Origin: Bacilli bacterium
GTDB lineage: Bacteria > Bacillota_I > Bacilli_A > ML615J-28 > CAG-698
Assembly: GCA_050953065.1 (NCBI GenBank)
Contig: JBMNLZ010000001.1
Coordinates: forward strand, 128,001 to 192,000
Length of the DNA: 64,000 nt
Direction of reading: 5' to 3'
The notes below the pieces were generated by a model, which was not told the DNA's origin, did no database searches, and saw nothing but the letters and a program-made list of their open reading frames with translations. Position 1 is the stretch's first letter, and each line of letters starts with the position of its first letter. The position numbers and the translations under genes were made by a program. Below are positions 62,013 through 64,000 of this stretch, in pieces.

Positions 62013-63242
62013 TTATTGCCCTCCTAAAGTATAATTAATAAACGTAGTAAAAATCTCTTGTTCTTTAAAACCGCTGTTCATCTTCATAACTACGTAAAGA
62101 GAAATTCCAATAAAGAATAATACTATAATAGAGTAAGCAATTAATCTTTTTTTAACTAGAGGCTGAACTCTAATATTAGCACATATTTCATCTAATAAAA
62201 TTACTAAAAGATTCATTAATAAAATTGAAGTTGCAACGCCTTCAGGATAATTGCTTAAGAATCTAAACAATATTGTTAATATACCTAAAGAAATAGAAAA
62301 TAATACTTTACCATTTGGAGTTTTTGGACCGGTAACTGGTTCAGTCGCCATAAATACAGCTCCAAACATTAATCCGCCAGTAATAATATTAAAAATTGGA
62401 TATCTTATATCAAAACCATAACCTGTTGCCATACCAATAAAATAACTTAAAACAAAAACTGTTCCTACATAAATTACAGGAATTTTCCAATCAATTACTT
62501 TTCTTAAAGATAAATATACTCCCCCTAAAATACATAATAACGTAGAAGTTTCACCTAACACACCAGGTTTAAAACCCAAAAACATCTTAAACAAAGAGCC
62601 ATACGGAGAAATAATATCATCCATTGAAGCATATAAATTAGCTTTAAAATGAGTTAAAGGTGTAGCACCAGCAATAAGTTCGCTACTAAGTCGGGAACTA
62701 GTTAATATATTCAATTCTAAAGCATTTGGAAATCCACCCGCTTTAAGAATAACTCCATAATAAGCAGATAAAACAAAAACATAACCAACTAATGCAGGGT
62801 TAAATATATTATGTCCAAACCCACCAAACAATATTTTTACAACAATAGTTGCTATAAAACAACCTATAATTAAAATCCAAATTGGTGCGGCTAATGGCAT
62901 TAGTAAACCAAGCAAAATACCTGGAATTGCTGCTACATGCAATTGACTTAAAACATTTTTAATATTTTCTTTTTTTATATAAGCATAATATACAAACTCA
63001 ATTCCTGCACAAACAACAGCACCAGTGATTACTAAAACCAAAGGGTATATCATTTGCCAAAAATTAACTGGAACAACTACTTCATCTGAAAAATACGGCA
63101 TAAGTCCATTTTTATACCATGCAAATATGATTATTGGAATAAGCGCTATTATAAAATCCCACATCATAGTTGAAGTGTTTTCAAAATGATCTGCTTTTCT
63201 AATAAAAGGTTCTTTTCCTAATATAAATTTTCTTGAATTCAT
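62013..63242 (-). CDS. rnfD: Rnf complex subunit D
   Basis: FGGFGHNIFNPA, AGATPL (FMN), GETS and FMATEPVT motifs. Confidence 0.94.
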   Translation of the reverse strand: MNSRKFILGKEPFIRKADHFENTSTMMWDFIIALIPIIIFAWYKNGLMPYFSDEVVVPVNFWQMIYPLVLVITGAVVCAGIEFVYYAYIKKENIKNVLSQLHVAAIPGILLGLLMPLAAPIWILIIGCFIATIVVKILFGGFGHNIFNPALVGYVFVLSAYYGVILKAGGFPNALELNILTSSRLSSELIAGATPLTHFKANLYASMDDIISPYGSLFKMFLGFKPGVLGETSTLLCILGGVYLSLRKVIDWKIPVIYVGTVFVLSYFIGMATGYGFDIRYPIFNIITGGLMFGAVFMATEPVTGPKTPNGKVLFSISLGILTILFRFLSNYPEGVATSILLMNLLVILLDEICANIRVQPLVKKRLIAYSIIVLFFIGISLYVVMKMNSGFKEQEIFTTFINYTLGGQ

Positions 63243-63248
63243 TATATT

Positions 63249-64000
63249 TTACCTCTTTGCCAAATATTCTTTTGCTTTTACAACATTAACAGTTAAATCA
63301 ACTCTTGAGGGACAAATGTATGAACACAAACCACATGCAACACATTTATTAACAGCTAGTTTTTCTAATTGTTCTTTATTTTTCATTTTAAAAGCCGTAT
63401 TGATAAAAACTGGTGTTAAGTTAACCGGACAAACAGTCGCACACTTTCCGCACCCCATACATTCAGGATTGTTCTCTCTATCAGAAACTTCAAAAATTAC
63501 AATACTAGTCAATGCTCTATTAACAACCATTTCATCAGAAACTAAACTCTTTCCAGTAAATGGTCCACCAGCTACAAAATATAATTTTTCATAATCAATA
63601 TAACCACCATTTTTACGAACTATATCTGAGATTAACGTTCCAACTTTTACATGTACATTTCTTGGATTAACTATACCGTTTCCTGTTAATGATAATGTTC
63701 TACTTATTAACGGCATATTATTTTCAACCGCATCCTTCACAGCTAAAACAGTAGAAACATTGTTTACGATGACACCAACTTCGCTTGGTAAAAAATTGTA
63801 ATTCTTTTTTATTATTTTTTTAACTAAATATTTTTCCCAACCAGCCGGATATATATCTTTTACTAAAAATAATTTGATATTCCCCATTGGGTCAAGTTTT
63901 TTATTAATAATATCAATTAGTTCTTTTTTATTTTTCTTAATAGCTATATAAGCAGTCTTTGCAAGCGCAGCTTTTAATAGATATTGACAACCGATAATTA
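63249..64000 (-). CDS. rnfC: Rnf complex subunit C (5'-truncated by the window edge)
   Basis: YPAGWEK and GGPFTG motifs; two CxxCxxCxxxCP motifs; frame open to the window end. Confidence 0.93.
   Translation of the reverse strand, partial: IIGCQYLLKAALAKTAYIAIKKNKKELIDIINKKLDPMGNIKLFLVKDIYPAGWEKYLVKKIIKKNYNFLPSEVGVIVNNVSTVLAVKDAVENNMPLISRTLSLTGNGIVNPRNVHVKVGTLISDIVRKNGGYIDYEKLYFVAGGPFTGKSLVSDEMVVNRALTSIVIFEVSDRENNPECMGCGKCATVCPVNLTPVFINTAFKMKNKEQLEKLAVNKCVACGLCSYICPSRVDLTVNVVKAKEYLAKR

Noticed and set aside
1747-63594. About 25 short ORFs from the six-frame track overlapping real genes, mostly antisense (e.g. 1747-1971, 4195-4422, 24154-24522, 26224-26742, 48644-48970, 61146-61520)
   Set aside because: They lie opposite or within well-supported genes and have no recognisable motifs; shadow ORFs
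1-64000. Genetic code 4 (TGA=Trp) as in Mycoplasmatales
   Set aside because: TGA terminates mutS, mutL and lepA at the expected protein ends, and conserved Trp residues use TGG

Overview
AT-rich chromosomal window from a Bacillota/Mollicutes-like bacterium, most consistent with an Acholeplasmatales- or Izemoplasmatales-type lineage (inference). It uses the standard genetic code: mutS, mutL and lepA end in TGA and Trp is TGG. Most of it is housekeeping: nadBC, apt, rel, dtd, nusB-xseAB-ispA-dxs-recN, mutSL-miaA, cmk-rpsA fusion, der, gpsA, recU, lepA-hemW, xerD-deoB, parEC, plsY, glyQS-dnaG-sigA-trmK, dapAB with a lysine riboswitch, and rnfCDGEAB. The window spans the replication terminus: gene orientation converges at about 39 kb, and a Bacillota-type dif site lies at 39342-39369. 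Main findings: (1) dif is bracketed by a pair of 26-bp inverted repeats (25/26 identical) and lies next to a catalytically degenerate Fic-wHTH gene, split at an A10 tract, that ends the parEC operon, suggesting a candidate terminus or segregation module; (2) two unannotated tandem YxxP-leader RiPP-like peptides and an unannotated ferredoxin at 46.3-46.8 kb; (3) an Spt-SDR-bCerS-like operon suggesting ceramide/sphingolipid synthesis in this lineage; (4) a TPR-GAF-PAS-degenerate GGDEF/EAL protein tightly linked to a protein with a HEPN-like motif. No rRNA, tRNA, CRISPR array or transposase was seen. All family calls are by motif recognition only; no searches were run.
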